From an uncultured Verrucomicrobiae bacterium (GTDB taxonomy: Bacteria > Verrucomicrobiota > Verrucomicrobiia > Chthoniobacterales > UBA10450), in NCBI GenBank assembly GCA_963756875.1, contig CAVWPA010000003.1, positions 448,001 to 512,000 of the forward strand: a stretch of 64,000 nt of DNA, in the 5' to 3' direction. The translations under genes were made by a program, and so were the position numbers. Each line of letters opens with the position of its first letter. Positions within the stretch are counted from its first letter, which is position 1. The notes under the pieces are model-generated. The model ran no database searches and was not told where the DNA came from. It was given only the letters and a program-made list of their open reading frames with translations. Positions 1 through 10,077 of the stretch are shown here, one piece after another.

Positions 1-63
1 CCCGAAGCTTACAATTTGCAATAAGACCTTGAATAAAGGGTAGCTGCGCGACACGATGCACGC

Positions 64-453
64 ATGAAGATACAACCTACTTTCCGAATTGTTTTGGCTG
101 CTATCGCGCTGGCGTCCCTGGGCGCCTGCGCAACTTATCCTAAGACTGGCCAGGCGGCGCTCGCTGGCACCTGGACCAACTCGCTCGGCAGCGTCTGGAC
201 AATGAGCAATGACGGCACATTCACTGTCGATCTCAATAAGGACGGCAAACCGGACGTTTGGGGCAGGTGCACCGTACAGGGCGACATGGTTACGATTCAT
301 GAAACGAAGGCCAGCAAAACGCCGAAAGGATGCAAGGGCCCGGGCAGCTATAAATTTAGTCGCCCGGACAAAGACTCGCTCCAGTTCACGCTGGTGAAGG
401 ACAACTGTAAATTGCGCAAGCAAAACGTTCTCAGCGCCTGGCATCAAAAATAG
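64..453 (+). CDS. Hypothetical lipoprotein
   Basis: 129-aa ORF with signal peptide and lipobox LGAC; lipocalin-like 'LAGTW' start of a beta-rich domain. Confidence 0.7.
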   Translation: MKIQPTFRIVLAAIALASLGACATYPKTGQAALAGTWTNSLGSVWTMSNDGTFTVDLNKDGKPDVWGRCTVQGDMVTIHETKASKTPKGCKGPGSYKFSRPDKDSLQFTLVKDNCKLRKQNVLSAWHQK

Positions 454-626
454 GTCCACTGCGATCGGTTAGAGCGATTTATTGACGGGCCCGGCGATTT
501 GCCGGCGAAAAAAACGGGCGCCGCCGGAAGCGGAGTGTCAAATGCAGTGTGTGCCGACACCCGCTCTTGAAGCTGCGCCACCGAGAGCGGCCACGCGCTC
601 GCACAGAAAAGGTTTAAATAAGACCG

Positions 627-1412
627 ATGCCGGAGCTGCCTGAAGTCGAGACTTTTAAACGATATCTGGATACCACGTCGCTCTATCAGCGTATCGCGCG
701 CGTTGAAGTGCAGAGCGCGGATCTGTTAAAAGACGTTTCGGCGCGCGAGCTTTCGCTTCGATTAAAGGGGCACTGCTTCGAATCAACCCGGCGGCATGGG
801 AAGCATCTGTTTGCGCGTGCGAATGACGCATGGGTGAGATTGCACTTCGGCATGAGCGGGTTCCTGCACTATTTCAATGCCAAGGAAAAGGTCCCGCCGC
901 ACACGAGGGTCCTGTTCGTTTTCGAGAACGATTACCGCCTGGCCTTTGACGATCAGCGCAAGTTCGGCGAGGTCGGGCTGCTGGATGATGCCGATAAGTT
1001 TCTGGAAAAGCGGGGACTCGGTCCGGACGCACTCGATATCGATTTCTCCGAGTTCACGAGGATGATCGGAAAACGTCCCGGGGCTGTGAAATCGACGCTG
1101 CTGAACCAACGACTTATCGCCGGCATCGGAAACATTTACGCCGACGAAATTCTTTTCCACGCAAGCATTCATCCGGCAACGAAGATCGCGCGGCTCGGCG
1201 ACAAGAGAATGAAGAAGCTTTTCCGGGCGATGCGGCACGTCCTCGAAAAAGCGATCGAGTGTCAATCGGACTGGAGCAAGATGCCAAAGTCATGGCTGCT
1301 GACGCATCGCGGAAAAAGCGGCAAATGTCCGCGCTGTGGACGCGAACTGAAATCAGCAAGGATCGGCGGCCGCACCGCCTGGTTTTGTCCGCGCGATCAA
1401 AGCCGCGGTTGA
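627..1412 (+). CDS. mutM: Formamidopyrimidine-DNA glycosylase (Fpg/Nei family)
   Basis: N-terminal MPELPEVE, RHGKHL, HFGMSG, H2TH motif GIGNIYADEILF, C-terminal zinc finger CPRC...CPRDQ (last Cys replaced by Asp). Confidence 0.92.
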   Translation: MPELPEVETFKRYLDTTSLYQRIARVEVQSADLLKDVSARELSLRLKGHCFESTRRHGKHLFARANDAWVRLHFGMSGFLHYFNAKEKVPPHTRVLFVFENDYRLAFDDQRKFGEVGLLDDADKFLEKRGLGPDALDIDFSEFTRMIGKRPGAVKSTLLNQRLIAGIGNIYADEILFHASIHPATKIARLGDKRMKKLFRAMRHVLEKAIECQSDWSKMPKSWLLTHRGKSGKCPRCGRELKSARIGGRTAWFCPRDQSRG

Positions 1413-2056
1413 TGGCTCTTGATTGTGTGAACCAGGAACCAGTCACTCGCCAGTCGCGCGACCTGCTCCAGGGTGCCAGGCTCCTCGAACAAATGCGTGG
1501 CTCCAGGCACGATCTCCAATTTCACTTCGCAACGCATCTGTGCGCGGGCTCGCTCGTTCAAATCGATCACCACATGGTCTTCGCCACCGACGATCAGCAG
1601 GGTCGGCGCCTTTACTTTGGGCAACGCTTCACCCGCCAGATCGGGACGGCCTCCGCGCGAAACCACCGCGTTAACCTCTTGCGGTAACTCCGCCGCTGCG
1701 ACCAACGCGGCGCCGCCCCCCGTGCTCGATCCGAAATACCCGATACGCAGATCGCGCGTTGGCGGTTGCTGCTTTACCCATCTCGTTGCGTAAACAAGTC
1801 GCTCGGCGAGCAGGCCGATGTTGAATCGATGTTCGCGTGTGACTAAATCGATCTCTTCTTCTTCCACCGTCAGCAGATCGAAAAGCAGTGTGGCCAGTCC
1901 GGCTTGGTTCAATGTCCGCGCAACGAATTGATTTCGCCGGCTGTGCCGGCTGCTGCCGCTACCATGAGCAAAAAGGACCAGTGCCGTCGCATTTTCGGGC
2001 ACAGTCAGATTTCCCTGCACAATCACCGGCCCGGCGGGAATGCTTACTCCATCCAT
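1397..2056 (-). CDS. Dienelactone hydrolase-family alpha/beta hydrolase
   Basis: FAHGSGSSRHS, GYFGSSTGG nucleophile elbow, VSRGGRPDLA, GATHLFEEPG; commonly paired with a phosphoribosyltransferase. Confidence 0.88.
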   Translation of the reverse strand: MDGVSIPAGPVIVQGNLTVPENATALVLFAHGSGSSRHSRRNQFVARTLNQAGLATLLFDLLTVEEEEIDLVTREHRFNIGLLAERLVYATRWVKQQPPTRDLRIGYFGSSTGGGAALVAAAELPQEVNAVVSRGGRPDLAGEALPKVKAPTLLIVGGEDHVVIDLNERARAQMRCEVKLEIVPGATHLFEEPGTLEQVARLASDWFLVHTIKSHQPRL

Positions 2057-2129
2057 ATTGCGTTATATAATAAGAATCACTGGCCGCGGATGCCTGGACT
2101 GGCAAGACCGCGCGATTTCACGCACAGAT

Positions 2130-2792
2130 TCAGCGCCCGTCATTGTCGATTTGCGCTGCGCGGGCCAGTAGATCGCGCACTTCCTCGTCGCTTGTCTGTG
2201 AAAAATCGTCGTAATACTGGCCGACCGCCTGAAAATATTTTGACACGGTCGCGCAGACGGTCTCATCCGCCACCTGCTCGATTTCGCGACATGTCTCCCA
2301 TGCACCCACCGGGACCGCGACGACAATCCTTGCCACGTCGCGCTGCCGCAAGGCCTTGACGGCGGCGCGCATGGTCGCACCGGTCGCCAGTCCGTCATCG
2401 ACCAGAATCACCGTGCGATTCCGCAGTTCCGGCGCCGGTCTCCCGTCCCGGTATTCCTGTTCGCGTCGTTCCACCTCCGCTGTTTCCCGCACAGTGATGG
2501 TTTCGATGATCTGGTCCGCGTTCGGAAGCGCCCGCGCGACGTCTTCATTCAGAACACGAATGCCGCCCGAGGCGATCGCGCCAACTGCGAGTTCTTCAAA
2601 ACCGGGCACGCCCAGCTTGCGCACAATAAAAACATCGAGAGGCGCGCCCAAATATTGCGCGACTTCGTAAGCGACGGGGACACCTCCGCGCGGCAGACCG
2701 AGCACGATTACATCGTCACGACCCTTGTAGTTCTGAAGCTTCTCCGCGAGCATTCGGCCCGCTTCCGCGCGATTTAAGAAAGCTCTTTCCAT
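2130..2792 (-). CDS. Phosphoribosyltransferase
   Basis: Start moved to MERAFLNR (ATG 2792); LGLPRGGVPV and PRPP-binding motif VILVDDGLATGAT. Confidence 0.9.
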   Translation of the reverse strand: MERAFLNRAEAGRMLAEKLQNYKGRDDVIVLGLPRGGVPVAYEVAQYLGAPLDVFIVRKLGVPGFEELAVGAIASGGIRVLNEDVARALPNADQIIETITVRETAEVERREQEYRDGRPAPELRNRTVILVDDGLATGATMRAAVKALRQRDVARIVVAVPVGAWETCREIEQVADETVCATVSKYFQAVGQYYDDFSQTSDEEVRDLLARAAQIDNDGR

Positions 2793-2865
2793 GCGGCCTC
2801 GCCGCGGAAGTTTACGCTCCGGAACCAAACCCGGTAAATGAATGTTGCACGCCGAGACGAAGGAA

Positions 2866-3318
2866 TCATCCGCCAGGTTTCGTCTCTCCAAGAAGGTTGA
2901 TTCTCTCTCCGGTATTCCGAACCTCGACAACAAGGTTAACGTATTCCCACCGGCCGAGCGATTTTTTTGCTTCGACGTAGATCGTACCCTTGCCTTTTGG
3001 GCCGGAGATCGGGATTGCGAGATTCGATTCGCCGGACGCTGCGTTCGTGCTCGTGTTGCCCGAAACGAACATTCCTTCTTCAACCGGTGAGCCGAGAGCT
3101 TCGATCACTGTGGGATTCGCTTTCGCCTTGGCGACTGCATCTTTGTACACGCCGGTCGATTTGATCGCGCCGAACGCAATAAATGCGATCGCTATGACGA
3201 AACCAGCTAGCAAAACGATCATCGTCAGACACCCGGCCGGCACGAACCATTTCCAATTCCGTTTCCACCAGTTGCCGCGCGATTGGGCGGGAATCGGTGG
3301 CGGCTCTTCGGCATTCAT
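2866..3318 (-). CDS. Coa1-like (cytochrome c oxidase assembly factor 1 family) membrane protein
   Basis: WWKRNWKW, one TM helix, ALGSPV...IPISGPKGKGTIYVEA pattern typical of bacterial Coa1-like proteins. Confidence 0.7.
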   Translation of the reverse strand: MNAEEPPPIPAQSRGNWWKRNWKWFVPAGCLTMIVLLAGFVIAIAFIAFGAIKSTGVYKDAVAKAKANPTVIEALGSPVEEGMFVSGNTSTNAASGESNLAIPISGPKGKGTIYVEAKKSLGRWEYVNLVVEVRNTGERINLLGETKPGG

Positions 3319-3401
3319 GGCCTGCCACGTTGTCAGACGGGGCTGAAGTTAGCCAGCCCGAACTGTAGTCGCTGGCATCGAGAGAGTCGCCCGGTCCCTT
3401 T

Positions 3402-4874
3402 TTACCGCGGCAACGGTCGTTCCGCGTTCGCAAGCGCGTAAGCGGTCACCGCGACCACTGCCGCGTTCTCAGCCAATTCTTTCGGGACGATTTTATCGAG
3501 CGTGTCGGCAGCGGTGTGATGATAGTTGAAATAGAACCGGCTATCCTGGATCGGCGCGAACGTCGGCACGCCGGCTTTTTCCATCGGCTCGATGTCGGCT
3601 CCGCAATCTTCGACGAGGCTGAGTATGCCCGCGCCCGATTGCTGCAGAATTGCCGCCACGGGTTCGAACAGTTTTTTCACTTCCGGCTTCGCCTTGATGT
3701 TGATTCCAGTTGGATGCCCCGCGCCCAAATCCGTTTCCATCGCGGCGAAGTGATTCGCCCATTCGTTTTCGTGATCTTTCGCGTACGTCTTCGAACCGGC
3801 CGACCCGTTTTCTTCGTTCATCCAGGCAATCACCCGAATTGTGCGCTCCGGTTTGAGGTGAAGCGCGCGAATCAAGTTCGCGACTTCCATCGACACGGCA
3901 ACGCCGGCGCCATCGTCGATCGCGCCCGTCCCCAGGTCCCATGAATCGAGATGACCGGACACAATGACAATCTGCTCCGGATGTTCGCTGCCTTTGATGT
4001 CGCCAATTACATTCGCGCTTGCAGCATCCGGCAAAGTTTTTGGCGTTAGTAAGAGTTTCATCTTCACCGGACCTTGGCGGACAAGATCTACAATCAGGTC
4101 CGCATCTTCGGCCGTGACCGCGCCCGCCGGAATCTTCGGCGCGTCCTCCGCGTATTTTGTCATTCCAGTGTGTGGGATTCGATAATCGGCGTTTCCAACC
4201 GATCGAATCAAACATGCAACCGCGCCTTTCTGCGCCGCGGCGCTTGGACCGGCCATTCGATAAATAACCGCTTCGTCGTACGCTTCGCCACCGCGGCCCT
4301 CGGCGGCCATTTTCTGGTCGAAGGGATAATTGAAAAGCACGATCTTGCCCGCAACTTTCTCGCGCGGCAGGGCTTTCAATTCGTCGAAGTTACTGACCGC
4401 GATCACGTCGGCCGTGATTCCCTCCAAAGGAGTCGCGACGCTTCCGCCAAGCGCGCACAGGACAATTTTCTGGGTCGTGTTTTCCGCCATGCCGGGAAAT
4501 TGCACCAGCGCCGCGGTCTCTTCGCCGCGCACCCAGTGCGGCACCATCACTTTTTCCAGATGCACCTCGCAGCCGACGGCTTTCAGCTCATTCGCGACGT
4601 ACTCCACCGCTTTTTGCGCCTGCGGCGATCCGGATAGCCGCTGCCCGATGTTGTTCGCCAGATGCGCGACCTCTTTGTAAGCGTAGTCGCTGGTTAATGC
4701 CGCTTGTTGCAGTCGTTTCAGGTCGTTCAGCGTTTGTGGCGAAAAGACGGCCGGCGTTGCCGCCGGTGTCGGGCTCTTATTCGGACCGGCAGCTGATGGC
4801 GACGTTCGCCCGTGCACAGGTTCTCCGGCGTAACTGCTCGCCACACATAGAAAGAAGACGATGAGGGATCGCAT
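3402..4874 (-). CDS. M28-family zinc aminopeptidase/carboxypeptidase with PA domain
   Basis: Signal peptide; GHLDSWD, GAIDDGAG, NEENG, YHHTAADT. Start could also be 4889. Confidence 0.9.
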   Translation of the reverse strand: MRSLIVFFLCVASSYAGEPVHGRTSPSAAGPNKSPTPAATPAVFSPQTLNDLKRLQQAALTSDYAYKEVAHLANNIGQRLSGSPQAQKAVEYVANELKAVGCEVHLEKVMVPHWVRGEETAALVQFPGMAENTTQKIVLCALGGSVATPLEGITADVIAVSNFDELKALPREKVAGKIVLFNYPFDQKMAAEGRGGEAYDEAVIYRMAGPSAAAQKGAVACLIRSVGNADYRIPHTGMTKYAEDAPKIPAGAVTAEDADLIVDLVRQGPVKMKLLLTPKTLPDAASANVIGDIKGSEHPEQIVIVSGHLDSWDLGTGAIDDGAGVAVSMEVANLIRALHLKPERTIRVIAWMNEENGSAGSKTYAKDHENEWANHFAAMETDLGAGHPTGINIKAKPEVKKLFEPVAAILQQSGAGILSLVEDCGADIEPMEKAGVPTFAPIQDSRFYFNYHHTAADTLDKIVPKELAENAAVVAVTAYALANAERPLPR

Positions 4875-4967
4875 TTGCGTCATCCGCAATCCTATAGGCT
4901 AAACCTTCTTGACGCGGTCATTTTGCCGGCCCTTCTCCGTACCGGCGGAGCACCGGGACAGTTGCCA

Positions 4968-5393
4968 TCAGCTTTTCCGGCCCTCGTCGAAATCGATCAT
5001 GTCTGGAATGGTGACGATGTCCGCACGGTCGGCGATGCTCATTTTCTGTTTTGCCTCCTCGACCATGGGTGAGGCAAAATCGCGCCAACCCAATTTCGAG
5101 GCGAAGCCGTTCCAAACGATCAGGTCGCCTTCATTCAATTGCCGGCCTTTTTGGAAGCACCACTCCAGAATCTCTTCGTCCGTTCCGCCCTGCAGCACGC
5201 GCTCGCGAAGATCGGCGTAATTGATACGCAGAAAATTGCAGCAAGCGCCATCCGCGCGGTCGGCTTTACCGAGATTGCGATGGTAATCCTCGTGCAGTTC
5301 GCCCCGCGCATGCAACCGGATCTTGTCCAGCATCCGCGGGAAATACATCATCCCGCCTGTTTGATCGGTTGGGCTTTTAGGAAAAGTTGTCAT
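4968..5393 (-). CDS. DUF5069-like protein
   Basis: GGMMYFPRMLDKIR...DEEILEW...DFDEGR pattern recognised from Verrucomicrobia. Confidence 0.7.
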   Translation of the reverse strand: MTTFPKSPTDQTGGMMYFPRMLDKIRLHARGELHEDYHRNLGKADRADGACCNFLRINYADLRERVLQGGTDEEILEWCFQKGRQLNEGDLIVWNGFASKLGWRDFASPMVEEAKQKMSIADRADIVTIPDMIDFDEGRKS

Positions 5394-5419
5394 TCCTCGA
5401 TTCTTCGCGTCTTTGAGTC

Positions 5420-5450
5420 AATCCGCAATCCGCAATCGAAAATCCGAAAT
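5420..5450. repeat. Degenerate tandem heptamer repeat (AATCCGC)n
   Basis: AATCCGC AATCCGC AATCGAA AATCCGA AAT immediately 3' of tRNA-Thr. Confidence 0.7.
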
Positions 5451-5458
5451 TTCGAGAG

Positions 5459-5531
5459 AGCCGGCAGTCGGATTCGAACCGACGACCTGCTGATTACAAA
5501 TCAGCTGCTCTACCAGCTGAGCTATGCCGGC
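5459..5531 (-). tRNA. tRNA-Thr(TGT)
   Basis: Reverse complement GCCGGCATAGCTCAGCTGGTAGAGCAGCTGATTTGTAATCAGCAGGTCGTCGGTTCGAATCCGACTGCCGGCT; cloverleaf with TGT anticodon; CCA not encoded. Confidence 0.97.
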
Positions 5532-5601
5532 AACAAGAAACAGAATATTTAGCCACAGATTTACACAGATATCGAGATTTGGCCGGAAAACCTCTGCGAT
5601 T

Positions 5602-6297
5602 CTACGGGCGCGATCGTGTTGTGACGGACAGCGGTTCGGCCGTCTCGAGGTTTTTGATGACCGTGCTGAGGTAGACCGATTCCGGATAAAATGCCTTGTA
5701 CTTCGTGATCTCGGCCCGGTTCAAAACTTTAAATCCGTAACGCTCGAACATTTTCTCACCGCGCCTGCTTTCGAACGTGACGATCTGTCCGTAAACGTAT
5801 TTCTCGCCGCAGCGGTATAGATAACTCAGATACGCGCTCATCAGCGCTCGCGTTGTGGACATTTTTCGCGCTTCAGGCAGGAGATTGATGTGGAAATGCG
5901 GAACGCGGCGCGGCGCGGCTGGCACTTCCCGCCAGCCATGCACCAGTGTCCATCGAATAAATCGGCGCGATCTCGGATTGTAACGAAAGTAACGGGTAAG
6001 CGCTTTAACAAAAAGCGATACATTTTGCCAGAACGAGTAGAGCTGGTTCTGCAGCGGCTTGCGCGAGCCCAGCAGATAGCCGCGGATCTCGCCGCCGATC
6101 TCCACTACGAAAGAGGACTCCGGTTCGTGGTCGGTATAATAGGTGGTGAGGAAATCGGCGAACAGTTGCCGGTCCTCGTAAACAGGGTCTATCGGTTCGC
6201 CAAGAAACCCGGTGTCGCAGCAAAGTTTGCGCACCCCGTCGCGATCTGAGGGACGGTAACTCCGAATGATGAACGGCCGGTGATTTTCAGTCTCCAT
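5602..6297 (-). CDS. GNAT-family N-acetyltransferase
   Basis: True start METENHRPF (ATG 6297, overlapping the upstream TGA); IRSYRPSDR, HFHINLLPEAR, ERYGF. Confidence 0.8.
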   Translation of the reverse strand: METENHRPFIIRSYRPSDRDGVRKLCCDTGFLGEPIDPVYEDRQLFADFLTTYYTDHEPESSFVVEIGGEIRGYLLGSRKPLQNQLYSFWQNVSLFVKALTRYFRYNPRSRRFIRWTLVHGWREVPAAPRRVPHFHINLLPEARKMSTTRALMSAYLSYLYRCGEKYVYGQIVTFESRRGEKMFERYGFKVLNRAEITKYKAFYPESVYLSTVIKNLETAEPLSVTTRSRP

Positions 6298-7481
6298 CAG
6301 GAACGATGATATTCTGCGCAAATCTCGCGATAAATGCAAAAGAGTCGAGCAAATACGCGCGGCCAGCCGTAGGCCTCGCTCGCCGCTCTCGCCGCGCTCG
6401 TGCCCATGGCGGAGAGCTTTTTTTCGCTCGATCGCTCGATCGCGGCAGCCAGCGCTTGAGCGGTATTCTCCTGCGCCCACGCGTCCTGTTCGTGAAAAAT
6501 AATCCGATCCATGTGGCTTCCACGGATTCCCACCACCGGCGTGCCGCATGCCTGGCTTTCGAGCGCAACGAGGCCGAACGTTTCCTGGACGCCTGGGTGA
6601 ACAAATAGATCGGCCGCGCGATAGTAACGAGCGAGATCGGCGGAGTCGTCGCAATAGCGGACCCATGTAATTGCGCCGTCGGTGCGGGCTTGCGATTGGA
6701 GAAGACGACTTCGTCCGGGTCCGTCGCCGATCACGAGCAAATGGAAATCGCCGGGGCGGCGGCCGTTGAGGAGTTCGAAGGCTTCGAACATTGTCGCGGT
6801 GTTCTTCTCTTTTGCGAGGCGGCCAACGTACAGGAGAAGCTTTTGGTCGCTGGCGATGCCTAGCGAAACTCGAATTCCGCCGCTGTCGTTCGGAACGACG
6901 TTGAAAACATCGGTATTCACGCCGAGCGGCACGACATAAACGCTTCGGACACCCCAATCTCGCAATACGCGTGCAAGATTTTCGGACGGTACGAACGTGG
7001 CTTGAAAACGGTTGTAGAGGTCGCGCACATACCGTCCGGCAAAAGTCATCACACCGCGGGTGACGCGCCGGCCGAAATATTTCGCTGCCCTGCGCAAATA
7101 AGCTTCCGGGAAATGAGAATGATAGAAAGCCACGACTGGGATGCCAAGCGCCCGACCGGAGCTGAGCGCGCGCCAGGCGACCTGGTATGGGTCGCTCGAT
7201 TCAATGATGTCAGGGCGCTCTTGTTCCAGAATTTCTCCGACCATGCGCAGATTCAGCAGGGCGCGATAACGCGACGTGCGAGAGAGCAGCGGCGAATGAA
7301 TCGAATAAATCCGCGAGCGGGCGTTCGAAATGACTTCGGTTTTTGCTCCGGGAACGATCAGGACGTGCTCGTCTTCGGGCGCGTGTTTATCGATGTAGGC
7401 GATTTTTTCGTGAACGTAACGCTTCACCCCGCCACTGAGCGGCGAATAGAACTGAGTGAGATCGCAGATCTTCAAAAGCAC
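6297..7481 (-). CDS. Glycosyltransferase family 4
   Basis: KICDLTQFYSPLSGGVK, YVGRLAKEKN, ETFGLVALESQACG; start set at GTG 7481 because the longer ORF runs into an intergenic repeat. Confidence 0.9.
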   Translation of the reverse strand: MLLKICDLTQFYSPLSGGVKRYVHEKIAYIDKHAPEDEHVLIVPGAKTEVISNARSRIYSIHSPLLSRTSRYRALLNLRMVGEILEQERPDIIESSDPYQVAWRALSSGRALGIPVVAFYHSHFPEAYLRRAAKYFGRRVTRGVMTFAGRYVRDLYNRFQATFVPSENLARVLRDWGVRSVYVVPLGVNTDVFNVVPNDSGGIRVSLGIASDQKLLLYVGRLAKEKNTATMFEAFELLNGRRPGDFHLLVIGDGPGRSRLLQSQARTDGAITWVRYCDDSADLARYYRAADLFVHPGVQETFGLVALESQACGTPVVGIRGSHMDRIIFHEQDAWAQENTAQALAAAIERSSEKKLSAMGTSAARAASEAYGWPRVFARLFCIYREICAEYHRS

Positions 7482-7606
7482 CAACCTCCAAGCACCAAGC
7501 CGCAGAGAAGCACCAAATTCCAATATTCAAAATTCATTGCGCGCCGCCTTTTTGGCACTTGGTGATTGGAGCTTCTTTGGAGCTTGGGGCTTGGAATTTG
7601 GTGCTT
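7476..7606. repeat. Inverted array of degenerate heptamers (AAGCACC/AAGCTCC type)
   Basis: Left arm AAGCACC AACCTCC AAGCACC...AAGCACC AAATTCC; right arm GGAGCTT GGGGCTT GGAATTT GGTGCTT is its approximate reverse complement. Confidence 0.8.
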
Positions 7607-7615
7607 CCGTGCCGA

Positions 7616-8545
7616 TCAGGCACGCGATTCCATCTCGCTCAAGTACGCTTCCGCCTCCAGCGCGGCCGCGCAGCCGGTGCCGGCGGCGGTGACTGCTTGC
7701 TTGTAAACGCGATCCACCACGTCGCCGGCCACGAACACACCGGGATGTTTGCTCTCGACCAGGTTTTTTGCGATTAAGTAGCCGTCGGGGTCTGTCTCTA
7801 GTTTGCCTCGATACGCCTTGGTATTTGGATCGTGGCCAATCGCAACGAACACGCAGGCCACGGGCAGTTCGCGTTCTTTGTTCGTCTTTACGTCGCGCAA
7901 GCGAACTGCGCGCATCTCGCCTTTTTCGTCCGCGATGTATTTCGTCACTGCCGTGTTCCAAATCGGTTCGATCTTCTTGTTCTCGAAAACCCGGTCGGCC
8001 ATGATTTTTGAGGCGCGCATCTTGTCGCGACGATGAATAAGATAAACTTTCGAAGCGAAGCGCGTGAGGAAAATGGACTCTTCTGCGGCTGAATCGCCGC
8101 CGCCTATCACGCAGACCGGCACATTCTTGTAAAAAGCGCCGTCACAAGTGGCGCAGCTCGTCAGCCCGTGGCCGACCAATTTTTCTTCGTTTTCAAGCCC
8201 GAGCCAGCGCGCGGACGCACCGCTGGCGATGATGAGCGCCTGCGCTTCCAGCCATTCGTCGTCGGCTTTAATGCGCACATGGCTGTTGCATGCCTCAAAG
8301 TCCGTCACTTCGGCATAGGAAAAACGGGCGCCGAATTTCTCCGCTTGTTTGTGCATGTTCAGAATGAGCTGGGGTCCGTCGATTCCATCTGGAAAGCCTG
8401 GATAATTTTCCACCAGCGTCGTGGTGGAAAGCTGGCCGCCGGGCTGGCGGCCCTCCAGGACGAGCGGACTGAGATTCGCGCGCGCCGCATAAATGGCTGC
8501 GGTCAACCCGGCGCAGCCGCTGCCAACGATGATGACTTTCTCCAT
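7616..8545 (-). CDS. trxB: Thioredoxin-disulfide reductase
   Basis: VIIVGSGCAG, GGQLSTTTLVENYPGF, redox motif SCATCDG, GGGDSAAEE, QAVTAAGTGC; start MEKVII (ATG 8545). Confidence 0.96.
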   Translation of the reverse strand: MEKVIIVGSGCAGLTAAIYAARANLSPLVLEGRQPGGQLSTTTLVENYPGFPDGIDGPQLILNMHKQAEKFGARFSYAEVTDFEACNSHVRIKADDEWLEAQALIIASGASARWLGLENEEKLVGHGLTSCATCDGAFYKNVPVCVIGGGDSAAEESIFLTRFASKVYLIHRRDKMRASKIMADRVFENKKIEPIWNTAVTKYIADEKGEMRAVRLRDVKTNKERELPVACVFVAIGHDPNTKAYRGKLETDPDGYLIAKNLVESKHPGVFVAGDVVDRVYKQAVTAAGTGCAAALEAEAYLSEMESRA

Positions 8546-8618
8546 GAGTAAATCTAGCATGAGGCGCAAAGGCGCAAAGCATCGAGAGCTCCTTCCCGGG
8601 CAGAAAAAGGAAGAGTCT

Positions 8619-8703
8619 TTACAGAAGGCAACGAAGACAACGAAGGAGTGACGGGAACAATTGCAGGCCAGGCCTTTGTTATCTTCGTTTCCTTTTGTTG
8701 AAG
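8619..8703. repeat. Inverted repeat built from 9-mer units (CAACGAAGR)
   Basis: TTACAGAAGGCAACGAAGACAACGAAGG ... CCTTTGTTATCTTCGTTTCCTTTTGTTGAA; arms are approximately reverse complementary. Confidence 0.65.
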
Positions 8704-8712
8704 TTCCAGGAT

Positions 8713-8737
8713 TGCAGCCGGCACGGCTGCCTCTACA
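8713..8737 (-). repeat. GTAG-type REP-like palindrome (single)
   Basis: Reverse complement TGTAGAGGCAGCCGTGCCGGCTGCA; near-identical copy at 22207. Confidence 0.7.
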
Positions 8738-8763
8738 ATTGGTTTGTGATCAGCGGCGACGAG

Positions 8764-9951
8764 ATGATTTACCTCGATAACAACGCGACGACCCAGCTCG
8801 ATCCGGCCGTGGTCGAAGAGATGCTGCCGTTTCTAACGAACTCGTATGGTAATCCATCGAGTGGATACCAATTTGGCGCAGCCGCGCGCCGTGCGATCGA
8901 CCAGGCCCGCGAGCGATCGGCCGCCTTGCTCGGTTGCGAACCGGGCGAGATCGTCTTCACAAGTTGCGGGACGGAATCGAATAATGCGGCGATCAATTCG
9001 GCGCTGCAATTCGAGCCTCGCGGCAAACATATCGTAACGAGCGTGGTTGAGCACAGCTCGGTCCTGCGGCACTGCCAGGACCTGGCGAAGCGCGGATGTG
9101 AAGTCACGTTCCTCGGCGTCGATCAAAATGGAAACATCGACCTCGGCGAACTGGAACGCGCGATCCGCCCCGAAACAACCGTTGTTTCCCTCATGTGGGC
9201 GAACAACGAAACGGGCGTCTTGTTTCCCGTCGAGAAACTGGCGCAGATTTGCCGTGAGAAGGGCGTGTTTTTTCATACCGATGCCGTTCAAGCAGTAGGG
9301 AAAGTTCCGATTCGCCTGCGCGACTCCGCCGTCAATTTTCTATCGCTTTCCGCCCATAAATTCCATGGCCCGAAAGGCATCGGGGCGCTTTACGTGAATC
9401 GCCGATCGCGTTTTCGCCCGTCAATCATCGGCGGTGGCCAGGAAAACGGGCGGCGCGCGGGAACTGAAAACGTGGCGTCGATCGTCGCCCTGGGGAAAGC
9501 AGCTGAACGCAGTTCAGAATCTCTTTCCGAGGAGCGGACCCGTGTACTGAAGATGCGCGACCGATTCGAAAAGGCGATTCTGGAGAGGGTGAGCGGGGCC
9601 CGGGTCAACGGCGCCGGGGCGGAGCGCCTACCGAACACTTCCAACATTTCTTTTACGGGAATCGAATCGGATGCCGCGTTGATGTTATTGGACCGGCACC
9701 GACTCTGTTGTTCCGCCGGCTCGGCTTGCCGGACCGGTTCACATGAAGGGTCGCACGTCTTGCGCGCAATGAAATTGAACGACGAATTGTTGCGCGGCAG
9801 TTTGCGTTTTTCATTTGGCCGATTCAATTCCGAAAGCGACGTAGATCGAGGAATTGAAATGGTGCCGAACGTCATCGCGAAGTTGCGTGAACTTTCCGAG
9901 GCGTCGGTTGCCGCGACGGTCTCACAATCGCCCGTTAAATTCGTTCAATAA
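8764..9951 (+). CDS. Cysteine desulfurase (IscS/NifS group I)
   Basis: IYLDNNATT, HTDAVQ, PLP lysine SAHKFHGPKG, catalytic SAGSAC; start ATG 8764. Confidence 0.95.
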   Translation: MIYLDNNATTQLDPAVVEEMLPFLTNSYGNPSSGYQFGAAARRAIDQARERSAALLGCEPGEIVFTSCGTESNNAAINSALQFEPRGKHIVTSVVEHSSVLRHCQDLAKRGCEVTFLGVDQNGNIDLGELERAIRPETTVVSLMWANNETGVLFPVEKLAQICREKGVFFHTDAVQAVGKVPIRLRDSAVNFLSLSAHKFHGPKGIGALYVNRRSRFRPSIIGGGQENGRRAGTENVASIVALGKAAERSSESLSEERTRVLKMRDRFEKAILERVSGARVNGAGAERLPNTSNISFTGIESDAALMLLDRHRLCCSAGSACRTGSHEGSHVLRAMKLNDELLRGSLRFSFGRFNSESDVDRGIEMVPNVIAKLRELSEASVAATVSQSPVKFVQ

Positions 9952-10046
9952 GTGACCGCTTTTGGCTGTGAGCTGCGGCCCCACATTGGCTGCATCGCGT
10001 GAGAATCTGGCCTTGAACGGCTTTTTTTGCTCGATTTTGCATCCTT

Positions 10047-10062
10047 AGGCAAGGAATCTGCA
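10047..10062 (+). promoter_or_regulatory. Putative sigma-54 -24/-12 promoter
   Basis: AGGCAAGGAATCTGCA (GG-N10-GC) directly upstream of ATG 10078. Confidence 0.5.
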
Positions 10063-10077
10063 GCTTTTGAGCTAGCA

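Noticed and set aside
5602..6957. 451-aa ORF as one protein
   Set aside because: The first ~220 codons overlap the GT4 gene in another frame; the real GNAT starts at 6297.
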